DNA of 64,000 nucleotides from Rhodothermales bacterium. Its GTDB lineage: Bacteria > Bacteroidota > Rhodothermia > Rhodothermales > UBA10348. Under the pieces are notes generated by a model. The model was not told where the DNA came from, did no database searches, and was given only the letters and a program-made list of their open reading frames with translations. Positions 29,599 to 38,431 of the stretch are shown here, piece after piece. Position 1 is the first letter of the stretch. Each line of letters opens with the position of its first letter. Both the position numbers and the translations under genes were made by a program. The stretch covers positions 111,673 to 175,672 of the forward strand of contig JAQWHM010000011.1 in the NCBI GenBank assembly GCA_029249345.1, given 5' to 3'.

Positions 29599-29833
29599 AT
29601 TTGATAAATCGGTCTCCTGGCTTCTGGCATGGCTTCGCCGATCTCCAGTGACACCTTCCCACCCAAGCGGCAGTGGTATCAATTTCATCGATGACGAGCA
29701 ACCAGATACAGTTGCGGGTACAGCTCCGTTTAGATCCGCGTCAATTCATTAAGCACAATCTCAATGCAAATAGGACGCAACTCCTCGGATTCCCATGAAA
29801 ACATCGGCTAGCCGATGCATTCATTTATCAAAT
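29599..29833 (-). ncRNA. Cobalamin riboswitch
   Basis: Minus strand: P1 ATTTGATAAAT/ATTTATCAAAT, GGGAATCCG...CGGAGCTGTACCCGCAACTGTA, CCACTG, GGGAAGG, B12 box AGCCAGGAGACC. Confidence 0.9.
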
Positions 29834-29939
29834 GGTTGTGAAAGAACAATTCAAGTTACCTTGCGGACGTACAACGCGTCAAGAACAATTGAGTAATAAA
29901 GTGCGTTTTGTGACCAAACCAACTGCTTCCCATCTCCTT

Positions 29940-31331
29940 ATGGCAAAAGCCTTCTTGATAGCGACCGTTATTTTTCTAACGGTTTCGTCTGTAGCCGCTC
30001 AAGACACACTTACCGTGAGTCTGCAATCTGCTATGGAGCGATCGCTGGAAATAAGCCCAGAAATCCGCGCTAAAGAGGCTAAAGTGGACTTCGCTGCAGC
30101 CCGCCAAAGACTAGCAAAAACATCCCGATTCCTAACCGATTTCAACGCTACTAGTGCTCACGCGACGGCGCCAGGAATCAATAATCCAAATGACACTCCG
30201 GCGAATCAACTGTATCTAGATCCAGATGTACGTAACGCATGGGATGATCTTTCAGCATTCAATCAAATAGAATTCGAAGCCCTTCAGCCCATCTTTACCT
30301 GGGGACAACTTGGCAAATCTATCGAAGCCGCCAATGCTGGCGTTGAAGTAGAACGAGCGGCCACGAGAGAAACGGCTGAGGAAGTGGCGCTTCGAACGAC
30401 TGATCTCTATTTCGGTCTAATCCTTACCGAGGCATTGAATCGACTTACCATGGAAGCCGGGGACATTGTCGAGCAAGCAAAGGAAGAAATTGACCGCTTG
30501 ATCCAGGAGGGAGCAGACGATGTGGATTATGCGGATCTGTTTCAAGTGCAAATCACCGAACAAGAGTTTTTAATGCGCGTCGTAGAGGCTGAAGAAAGCC
30601 GCAGAACGGCCCGTGCCGCGCTCTCGAGGCAGATGTTTTTACCTGATGGTCAAACTGTTTACCCAGGAACCAACGTTCTGTCTCCCATTGAGATGGAGTT
30701 GAATAGCCTAGAGTTTTATCAAGACCTGGCACTTGCTCACCGCCCGGAACTCAGTCGCGCTGTAGCCGGCGTGCAGGCTCTCGATGCCCTTGTGGATGTG
30801 GCCCGATCAGATTACTTCCCCAAACTGTTTCTTGGGCTATCCGGTAAGTGGTCCTACGCTGCGGATCGTGAACGGCAGCGCAATCCCTATGTGAGTGATC
30901 CATTTTTGTCCAGAAGCGTCAAGGCCGGATTCGGCATTCGCCAGAACCTGAATTTTAACCAAACGAAAGCCAAGGTTCAGCAGGCCGAAGCAGAGGTCTC
31001 GGAAGTACGCTTCCAGCAAGATGCAGCGCGTCAACTTGTTCTCTTTGAGGTAGAAGATGCATACCGCAATGTCCTAATCACGCGTAAAGCAGTAGAGGCC
31101 CGAGAGGCCCAATTGCTGATCAGTAAAGACTGGCTGCGGACGGAACAGGTCGACTTTGATCTGGATCTGGGAGACACGGAAAACCTTGTCAAAGCAGTTA
31201 GAGACAATTTGTCTATTCGAGCTCAGCGACATGAAGCCGTGTATAAATACAATCAAGCGATCATGCGTCTGTATGCCAGGACCGGGACACTCATTCAAGA
31301 GCTGCAAGCTGGCACGCTAATTGGTCTTTAA
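29940..31331 (+). CDS. TolC family outer membrane efflux protein
   Basis: Signal peptide from ATG 29940; QPIFTWG, ALAHRPEL, ARSDYFP, EVEDAY helical repeats. Confidence 0.88.
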   Translation: MAKAFLIATVIFLTVSSVAAQDTLTVSLQSAMERSLEISPEIRAKEAKVDFAAARQRLAKTSRFLTDFNATSAHATAPGINNPNDTPANQLYLDPDVRNAWDDLSAFNQIEFEALQPIFTWGQLGKSIEAANAGVEVERAATRETAEEVALRTTDLYFGLILTEALNRLTMEAGDIVEQAKEEIDRLIQEGADDVDYADLFQVQITEQEFLMRVVEAEESRRTARAALSRQMFLPDGQTVYPGTNVLSPIEMELNSLEFYQDLALAHRPELSRAVAGVQALDALVDVARSDYFPKLFLGLSGKWSYAADRERQRNPYVSDPFLSRSVKAGFGIRQNLNFNQTKAKVQQAEAEVSEVRFQQDAARQLVLFEVEDAYRNVLITRKAVEAREAQLLISKDWLRTEQVDFDLDLGDTENLVKAVRDNLSIRAQRHEAVYKYNQAIMRLYARTGTLIQELQAGTLIGL

Positions 31332-31389
31332 TCAGTGAAACCCACATTAAACAACGTTCTTGCTACCTAAGAGCACTTTCCATAGATCC

Positions 31390-32010
31390 ATGCTGTATCA
31401 GAATCTGTACACTCGCTTGCTCACATTGACGCTTCTGACGGTCATGTTCACAAGCCCGTTCCTCGTTCCATCTGCCCAAGCGCAAGAAACGGAAGCCGAT
31501 CTTATGGCCATGCTGGAACAGCGAGATAAAGACATTAAACAGCGCCTTGGTGGTTCTGGTGAATTGCCAGATGCAGAAAAAGAAGAGTTGAAAGCTGTCG
31601 TTAATGACATGATTGATTTTGCTGCGATGGGCGAAGCCGCGCTAGGCACACATTGGGATGGGCTGAGCGAAGAACAGCAAACCGACTTTGTTCAGGTGTT
31701 CGGCGATATCGTACGCCATCAATCACTCTCTGACGTGGATATCTACCGTGCCAGCGTTAGCTACGATGCCGTTGATATGGATGGCAACCAGGCGTGGGTC
31801 ACCACCACCACGATTTATAAAGAAGTCCCCGCAAAGGTGGAGTACGACTTCTTACTGAAAGGCGGCATTTGGAGAGCCCGCGATATCGTTCTCGATGATG
31901 TGAGTACCGTGGGAGGATATAGTAGGAGCTTCCAATCTGTCATCCGGAAACGAGGCTTTGACGCACTAATGAACAGCCTCAATAAAAGGTTGGCTAGAAC
32001 CCGCAGTTGA
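31390..32010 (+). CDS. MlaC/Ttg2D (HpnM-like) periplasmic lipid-binding protein
   Basis: IDFAAMGEAALGTHW..LSEEQQ.DFV..F, WRARDIVLDDVSTV..Y..SFQSVI. Confidence 0.85.
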   Translation: MLYQNLYTRLLTLTLLTVMFTSPFLVPSAQAQETEADLMAMLEQRDKDIKQRLGGSGELPDAEKEELKAVVNDMIDFAAMGEAALGTHWDGLSEEQQTDFVQVFGDIVRHQSLSDVDIYRASVSYDAVDMDGNQAWVTTTTIYKEVPAKVEYDFLLKGGIWRARDIVLDDVSTVGGYSRSFQSVIRKRGFDALMNSLNKRLARTRS

Positions 32011-32115
32011 GTCCATTCAGCTTGTGAACAATAGGGTTTACCTAGCGTAGGTAGAGTTTGATCGAGTTCAAATTCGCAGTAGAGATTTGGGCTAAAACAG
32101 ACTCAACCCTGCACC

Positions 32116-33111
32116 TTGGAAGGATACGTCCTGCATACATATGGCCGCGAAAAGTATTTGCGACACGCTGTGGCTTCGGTGCAGACGTTACGCCGGTATG
32201 ATACGCATCGTCCTGTGGCTCTTTATGCCGACGAAGCACAGATTGAGTTGCTAAAACGCAAAGGCCTGGATCATTTATTTGCGGTGCTCGAAGTGCTACC
32301 GTCCGAGTATCGATCCATTGTAGGCTTCAAACACAACCTACATAAATTCAAAGCGTTTGAGCGAAGTCTTTTTGTTGACTCGGACATTGTTTGGTGCCGC
32401 GATCCAGATGCGTTATGGCATAAACTCGAAGCCTATACATTCACGGCAACAGGTCTCGAAAAAGCCGATGCTTGGTTTGGAGGTCCGAAAGGGTTAGGCA
32501 TTATTACCGACCGCCTGTTCGACAGACGACGACGCACGATGCGGCGCTTTGGACTCACCTACCTGCCGCGCGTTCAGGCAGGAATGATATATGCTGCTGA
32601 CCCGGTCGTAACGGCAGAAGTCTGCAATCATGCGCAGGAGTATCTCAGACGTAGGAAAGAGACTCATTTCCGTAGCCGACTGGATGAAGGACGGAGCGAA
32701 GAAAGCTGCGAGTGGAGTATGGCCATGGCCGTCAGCTCTCTCGACTTACCCATTTTTCATTGGTTTCAGGGTCAAGACAGTCCGCAATTAGATTTTATTG
32801 ACGGATATGTGGATCACGATCTAAACTTTAAGGTCGTGCGGTGCCGCTACCATACGGATGCTCTCATTCACGGTTTAAGAGGCTTCCCAAACCATTTGAT
32901 TCGGGATACATTAGTTCGGTACCTATCCAAAATGCCCGGAAAAGGGGATTTCATGTGGGTTACACCCTACGCCCTTCACTTTGGATGGATGCACCATAAA
33001 CAACCCTTTTATGATCTTTCAGATCGAATATGGGATGAGTTGACCCATAGCCAAACGGCTACGAAGAGTGAGCTGGAAGCGATCCCGGTAGACAAAACGC
33101 TCGCAGACTAA
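32116..33111 (+). CDS. GT-A fold (GT8-like) nucleotide-sugar transferase, putative
   Basis: YLRHAVASVQTLR...PVALY; SLFVDSDIV (DxD); VQAGMIY; LHFG. Confidence 0.6.
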   Translation: MEGYVLHTYGREKYLRHAVASVQTLRRYDTHRPVALYADEAQIELLKRKGLDHLFAVLEVLPSEYRSIVGFKHNLHKFKAFERSLFVDSDIVWCRDPDALWHKLEAYTFTATGLEKADAWFGGPKGLGIITDRLFDRRRRTMRRFGLTYLPRVQAGMIYAADPVVTAEVCNHAQEYLRRRKETHFRSRLDEGRSEESCEWSMAMAVSSLDLPIFHWFQGQDSPQLDFIDGYVDHDLNFKVVRCRYHTDALIHGLRGFPNHLIRDTLVRYLSKMPGKGDFMWVTPYALHFGWMHHKQPFYDLSDRIWDELTHSQTATKSELEAIPVDKTLAD

Positions 33112-33117
33112 TCCGTC

Positions 33118-34785
33118 TCAGCTTCTTGAGATCAAATGCCAAACAAAGGCTATTTCGTCTCGCCTGAAAAGCATCCAGACCAGTACGCCTAACGTTCCGA
33201 GAATGAGAGGATTGAAAAACCAGATGACGGCGGAGGCACCAGGTGCAATTTTGGCCACCTTCGACATATCAAACGTCGTTCTGAGCGTGGACCAATAAGC
33301 CGCTACAACCCAAACCAATCCCATAGCGGCAGTTACCCACAGCGGTATGAAGCCCACGGCCTCAAAGGTCATGGCTAATGGCAATATGAAGAGAACTTGC
33401 CATCGCGGCCAAACCGCAAGCATAAGTGCCTGACTTGGATAAAGGGTCGTCCGACGGCCAGAAACGGCCATCCACAACCCCATCCAAATGGCCATGGACA
33501 AGAGAGCTGCACTCCCTGTCAAAACAGTTAGCACAAAGGGAGCATCCAACAAAGGAATGAGCGCTGTCCTTGAAGACTCATCCAGAAGCGTAAACAAATG
33601 AAGAGCCACCTTGGATAACCTCAAGTTGGTCAACACGGAAGTCGCAATCATACCAATTGAAAGACCGGTAATCGTCAAGATGGCAGTCGACGTAAGGGGC
33701 AAAACTTCTCGAGCTTCTCGGACAGCATTCCGGTAAAAACCATGCGAGAAAAAATACCTCGGAATCATGGATCGGAAGCGCGGTGAAGCAGCATACATAA
33801 CGGCAACCATGGAAAGAAGTATCCATCCTACCAAAGTGAACCAGTTCAGTGGTTGCTCTGCAGGCTCACCACCCTCAAAGGCAAATACAGTTTGTGTGCC
33901 CATGAAAAAGCCTCGGACCACATACAGCGCCGGTCGGGGCTCTTCACCGGCGGAATACAGTCCATATTGCCGATGATATGGATCCGGAGGCATCGCTGTT
34001 ACAGCATCACCTGCCTCAGGCGACAAACCCAAGCGAGCATCCTTCCATCGATGCACAAAAACATAGGTTGGAAGCACGTCTTTTAGCTCAGTAAGTGCAT
34101 TCTCCAAAAACCGAGCTTGATACTCTGGCGAGCCCTCGATCCGGGTGCCGAATAACTCATCTGAAACCACATGCGTACCGATTCTAGCAAGGCCTACCGG
34201 GCTAGCATGCGCTTCTCTCCATCTAGTCACAAACACGGAGGGAGATTTTTCATCAAGAGCATCCAAAAGCACAAAATCGACCTCGTCTGAACACGCATCC
34301 TTTTCAATAAAATCTGTGATGTAGTACGAGGTACCACCAGCGGCGCGTATTTGAGATGTCCACTCTCGAAGACTAGGACACAAAGATGGTACGGTTGTAT
34401 CGCTATAACGAGCCAAGCCTATTGGGCCCGCGGAGCGTAGTCCTTTTCCCGTTACAAGGAGTTGCTGCACAAGGGAATCAACCACAACGACTGAATCTTG
34501 AACAGATCGGGCACTCAAACCAAAAAAGGGGATCTCCCGATATAAAACGAGATCCAGCGAATCTGCTAATTCCAACAGCCCGCGATCAAATATTAATCCA
34601 GTACGAACGGCTTCGATACCTACCGAGCGCATTTCAATCAGATCTGAGGCAGCTGTACGGTAATCTCCCGGCACCTCCCAAACGACACCCTTCACCATTT
34701 CATGGCTTTGGCCTTGCTGGGCCATGGCCGGGTGTGCGATAGAGCATACACCCAGAAGTAGACATGTTAACAGAGACCGGATCAT
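33118..34785 (-). CDS. Membrane protein: signal peptide + degenerate GH2-like TIM barrel + C-terminal multi-TM domain (alternative start 34836)
   Basis: DLIEMRSVGIEAVRT...LADSLDLVLYREIP, EYQARFLE, FVHRWKD, YGLYS..EPRPAL; about 6 C-terminal TM helices. Confidence 0.65.
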   Translation of the reverse strand: MIRSLLTCLLLGVCSIAHPAMAQQGQSHEMVKGVVWEVPGDYRTAASDLIEMRSVGIEAVRTGLIFDRGLLELADSLDLVLYREIPFFGLSARSVQDSVVVVDSLVQQLLVTGKGLRSAGPIGLARYSDTTVPSLCPSLREWTSQIRAAGGTSYYITDFIEKDACSDEVDFVLLDALDEKSPSVFVTRWREAHASPVGLARIGTHVVSDELFGTRIEGSPEYQARFLENALTELKDVLPTYVFVHRWKDARLGLSPEAGDAVTAMPPDPYHRQYGLYSAGEEPRPALYVVRGFFMGTQTVFAFEGGEPAEQPLNWFTLVGWILLSMVAVMYAASPRFRSMIPRYFFSHGFYRNAVREAREVLPLTSTAILTITGLSIGMIATSVLTNLRLSKVALHLFTLLDESSRTALIPLLDAPFVLTVLTGSAALLSMAIWMGLWMAVSGRRTTLYPSQALMLAVWPRWQVLFILPLAMTFEAVGFIPLWVTAAMGLVWVVAAYWSTLRTTFDMSKVAKIAPGASAVIWFFNPLILGTLGVLVWMLFRRDEIAFVWHLISRS

Positions 34786-34836
34786 GAAAAGAAAATAGGT
34801 CGCAGACGTCGAGTTCAAAACGAAGTATCGAGACAT

Positions 34837-34886
34837 AAAAATGGAGGCGCGGCCTAATGCGATCTAAGATCGCAGGCCGCGCCTCC
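34837..34886 (-). terminator. Intrinsic terminator downstream of ftsZ
   Basis: 12-bp perfect stem GGAGGCGCGGCC/GGCCGCGCCTCC enclosing TGCGATCT/AGATCGCA, followed by ATTTTT on the minus strand. Confidence 0.8.
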
Positions 34887-34893
34887 GTCATAC

Positions 34894-34999
34894 CGAACCA
34901 CAACCACACTTAATACGCCTTCAGCCAACAGACGTAAAGCTGGAGCCGACCGTGCTCACGGGCCGGGAGCAACCCGAAGGGTTGCTCATGGCTGGTTCG
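34894..34999 (-). ncRNA. Putative structured RNA element (multi-stem junction) between ftsZ and the terminator
   Basis: Closing stem CGAACCAGCCAT/GTGGTTGTGGTTCG enclosing three hairpins (by-eye fold). Confidence 0.4.
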
Positions 35000-35022
35000 T
35001 TAGGAAGATCTTATATGAGAGA

Positions 35023-36294
35023 CTAGTCCATCATTTTGCGCACAAAAGCGGGCAATTCTGACTCTTTTGAATCCTCATCTTCATTTTTCTGAATGTCTTC
35101 GACATTCAACAGCCGAACACGCGGAGATCCGATGCTTTCACCACCATCTCCAATAGTTGGATCGACTCTGAGATCGGCTTTTCCTCGTCGCAGGTAAGCC
35201 GGCTTGTCCAATTCCTTGAGACTTTCCTGGCCTTTATAATTGACTCCCGTAAAATCCAACGTTCCAGGAGCGGCCAATTCAACTCGGCGTTTCATTTCAC
35301 GCTGATCCGGCACGACGGACTTTTCGAATCCTGTCGCAATAACCGTGATACGCAGGTTATCACCTAGCTCATCATCAATTACGGTTCCAAAAATGATCTC
35401 TACCTCGTCACCAGCTTCCTGCTGAATGATTCGAGTGGCCGCCGTTGCTTCCCTTATTCCGAGTGTGCGACCAGCCGTTATGTTAACTAGAACGTTTCGA
35501 GCACCAGAAATTGAGAGTCCATCTAACAAAGGACTCGAAAGCGCTTCTTCAGCAGCCCGTTCGGCTCGGCCTTCACCGTAAGCGGTTGCAGCGCCCATGA
35601 TGGCGGTACCTCCGTTGCTCATCGTAGTTTTGACATCTGCGAAGTCAAGGTTGATCAACCCGTGAACGGTAATCAGATCAGAAATCCCGCGCGTTGCATT
35701 GTAGAGGACATCATCTGCCGTCTCAAACGCTTCTAACATAGAAGTGTCTGCCTCTGCAATGTCGAGAAGTCGCTCATTGGGAATAATGATGAGCGTATCT
35801 ACATTTTTCTTAAGCAATTCGACACCTGCACCGGCATACTTGGCACGCTTCGGCCCTTCACACTCAAAAGGACGGGTAACGATAGCCACAGACAGAACGC
35901 CAAGATCCTTGGCGATAGCAGCTACAATGGGAGCGCCACCTGTTCCAGTCCCTCCACCCATTCCGGCCGTGATAAATACCATATCAAAACCTTGAAGAGC
36001 ATCCTCGATTTCTCTGCGGCTTTCCTCAATGGCTTCAGCCCCAATACCTGGACGAGCCCCGGCCCCAAGGCCTTTTGTCAGACCTTTTCCAGCTTGAATC
36101 TTGTAGGGCGCCAAGTTGGCATCCAACGCCTGTGAATCTGTATTAATTGCATAGAAGTCAACGCCCGTGATTCCTTTTTGAATCATGTTGTTGACTGCAT
36201 TTCCGCCGCCACCACCTACACCGACGACGCAAATTTTTGCCTCGGCGTTCTCTGCATCATCAAATGCAAAATGGCTACTGAACAGGTTATCCAT
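35023..36294 (-). CDS. ftsZ: Cell division protein FtsZ
   Basis: [30 protein letters not shown]-terminal [10 protein letters not shown]; SD AGGAGG. Confidence 0.99.
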   Translation of the reverse strand: MDNLFSSHFAFDDAENAEAKICVVGVGGGGGNAVNNMIQKGITGVDFYAINTDSQALDANLAPYKIQAGKGLTKGLGAGARPGIGAEAIEESRREIEDALQGFDMVFITAGMGGGTGTGGAPIVAAIAKDLGVLSVAIVTRPFECEGPKRAKYAGAGVELLKKNVDTLIIIPNERLLDIAEADTSMLEAFETADDVLYNATRGISDLITVHGLINLDFADVKTTMSNGGTAIMGAATAYGEGRAERAAEEALSSPLLDGLSISGARNVLVNITAGRTLGIREATAATRIIQQEAGDEVEIIFGTVIDDELGDNLRITVIATGFEKSVVPDQREMKRRVELAAPGTLDFTGVNYKGQESLKELDKPAYLRRGKADLRVDPTIGDGGESIGSPRVRLLNVEDIQKNEDEDSKESELPAFVRKMMD

Positions 36295-36370
36295 AAGACC
36301 CTCCTAAAGTACTTATTGGCTGATAAAACGACTCTCCGGACGAGCAATCCGACTAGTCTTGGTTTTTGGA

Positions 36371-37633
36371 TTAAAGCTCATTGAACCACCCCATCATGGA
36401 TTCTTTGATCTTCTTAACCAGATTGTCTCCACCTGCAGATGGATCCGATGCGTCAAGATGATCTGTCCGAAACGGGGTACTTCCTATCATTTCCGGTCTT
36501 AGCCCGTAAAGCACGAGGCCTACACCGGTTGCGAATTTGGGATCAGACACTTCCTGGACTAATCCAGCAGTAAGCCCCATGGGCCTCCCGATCCTGGCAT
36601 CCATTCCCAAAACTTCTGCTGCTAACTCTGCGGTTCCTTTCACTAACGACCCACCACCCGTCAATACGACGCCGGCGGAAAGATGTCTTGAAAATCCGCT
36701 TCGTTTAATTTCTATAGCCGCGATTTCGAGAATTTCCTCGATTCGTGGCTGGATGATCTGCGCAAGAGTACTGCGTCCCACCCGTTTTTCGGTCCGACCA
36801 GCCACTCCGGGAATGGCGATCTCTTCATCTGGGGCCATTTCGGCCATAGCTGCCCCAAACTCACATTTCAATGCTTCCGCTTGATCCCGCATGACTCCAA
36901 GTCCTTTTCGGATGTCATCGGTAACCTTATTTCCTGCAACGGCCACAACGGCGGTATGTCGAATTGTATTGTCTTCAAATACAGCGATGTCTGTTGTGCC
37001 ACCACCAATATCGATGAGCGCCACACCCACTTCTTTTTCATCGGAATGGAGAACGGCAAACGAGGAACCCAGTGGCTCGAGTACGATGTCCGCGACCCGA
37101 TATCCTGCCTTTTCTATACACCGATAGATGTTTTTGGCAGCCGAAACTAGTCCCGTGATGATATGAACGTTAGCCTCGAGACGAACGCCACTCATGCCCA
37201 CTGGATCGGCGACGCCATCCTGGCCATCTACAATAAACTCTTGTGGAATCACATGTAAGATTTCGCGGTCTGCTGGCATCGCTACATGAGTGGTGTCTTC
37301 AAGTAACCGGTGCACGTCAGCTTCCGTAATCTCCCCATCTTTATTAGAAATGGTCACTACGCCGCGAGACTGAAAACTCTGAACGTGATCGCCTGCGATT
37401 CCCACAATCACATTGCGCACTTCGACACCGGCCATGCGCTCAGCTTCACAGATAGCTTCCTGTACGCCTGACACCGTCTTATCGATGTTGACGACGACGC
37501 CACGGTTCAGCCCATCCGATTCGGCAACACCAACGCCCAGAATCTGGACTCTATCCAGTTCATCTGACGTTGCTACGACGGCACACACTTTCGTGGTGCC
37601 AATGTCCAGCCCGCAAACGATTCGATCACTCAT
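36371..37633 (-). CDS. ftsA: Cell division protein FtsA
   Basis: GLDIGTTKV, PVGMSGVRLE, IDIGGGTTD, VLTGGGS. Confidence 0.98.
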   Translation of the reverse strand: MSDRIVCGLDIGTTKVCAVVATSDELDRVQILGVGVAESDGLNRGVVVNIDKTVSGVQEAICEAERMAGVEVRNVIVGIAGDHVQSFQSRGVVTISNKDGEITEADVHRLLEDTTHVAMPADREILHVIPQEFIVDGQDGVADPVGMSGVRLEANVHIITGLVSAAKNIYRCIEKAGYRVADIVLEPLGSSFAVLHSDEKEVGVALIDIGGGTTDIAVFEDNTIRHTAVVAVAGNKVTDDIRKGLGVMRDQAEALKCEFGAAMAEMAPDEEIAIPGVAGRTEKRVGRSTLAQIIQPRIEEILEIAAIEIKRSGFSRHLSAGVVLTGGGSLVKGTAELAAEVLGMDARIGRPMGLTAGLVQEVSDPKFATGVGLVLYGLRPEMIGSTPFRTDHLDASDPSAGGDNLVKKIKESMMGWFNEL

Positions 37634-37681
37634 GTCTTTCTTCTTTTTAACAATTTCTAAGGATGGTTCTACAGCACATAG

Positions 37682-38431
37682 TCACTGCATGACCTCCCGG
37701 GTAACGACCTGGCTGTTAAAACGGAGATCCACAGAAGCGTAAGTAACGTTTTGGTGCAGCAGGACTTCCTGCTCCCAAAACGACTCCAGCAACCGGAATC
37801 GATACTCAAAATCACGCTTCCCTAACACCACTGGAATAGATCCTCCTTCCCCAACCGGGGTGGTAAGAATTTCAATTCCTTTTGATGTCCGACGAACTTC
37901 GGAAAGAAGGGCATCGGACTGAGAACTTAAGCGAGGCAACACGAATAAAATGTCTTTCAAGACCTCATCCTTAATCGGTATCACAGGGTGATACGGATCG
38001 CGCAATCCAGAAAGAATCGGTACCGGATAAAAGGACTCTTTTGTGAGGGGCATTCGAAATCCATTTCGATCCACGAAATACTCGATCCGCCCAGAAGAGG
38101 CTAATACCTGCGCTACAGGATGTCTTTCAATGATCTGAATGTCTAGCATTCCCGTTGGAAGACGTGCAACACTGGCCTGCATGATCCATGGATGCCTTCG
38201 AATGCGATCTTCTAGAATGAGAGCATTGATGTCAAACATCACCGCTCCTGTATCGACGTTGATCAGATTCATGATTTCTGATTCCTGGGCATGCACCAAC
38301 CCTTTGATTTGAATCTCCGTGAGGGTCACTCGCGCCATCCATTTCCAACCAGCGTACCCGCCCCCGGCCGCTACTACAAGTAGCAAGATCAAGAAGACGC
38401 GACCTAGCCATGATTTGCGATTCGCCATCAA
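37682..38431 (-). CDS. ftsQ: Cell division protein FtsQ/DivIB
   Basis: N-terminal TM, POTRA HPWIMQASV, IER.PVA, VDLRFNSQVV; dcw position. Confidence 0.9.
   Translation of the reverse strand: MMANRKSWLGRVFLILLLVVAAGGGYAGWKWMARVTLTEIQIKGLVHAQESEIMNLINVDTGAVMFDINALILEDRIRRHPWIMQASVARLPTGMLDIQIIERHPVAQVLASSGRIEYFVDRNGFRMPLTKESFYPVPILSGLRDPYHPVIPIKDEVLKDILFVLPRLSSQSDALLSEVRRTSKGIEILTTPVGEGGSIPVVLGKRDFEYRFRLLESFWEQEVLLHQNVTYASVDLRFNSQVVTREVMQ

Noticed and set aside
29449-29688. 79-aa ORF as a leader peptide for btuB
   Set aside because: It overlaps the riboswitch core and terminator and has no protein features; the RNA explains the region.
34894-34999. SRP RNA or 6S RNA identity for the ftsZ-downstream structure
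   Set aside because: It lacks the SRP helix-8 CAGG...GGAAGCAG motif and is a short branched fold, not a long rod with a central bubble.
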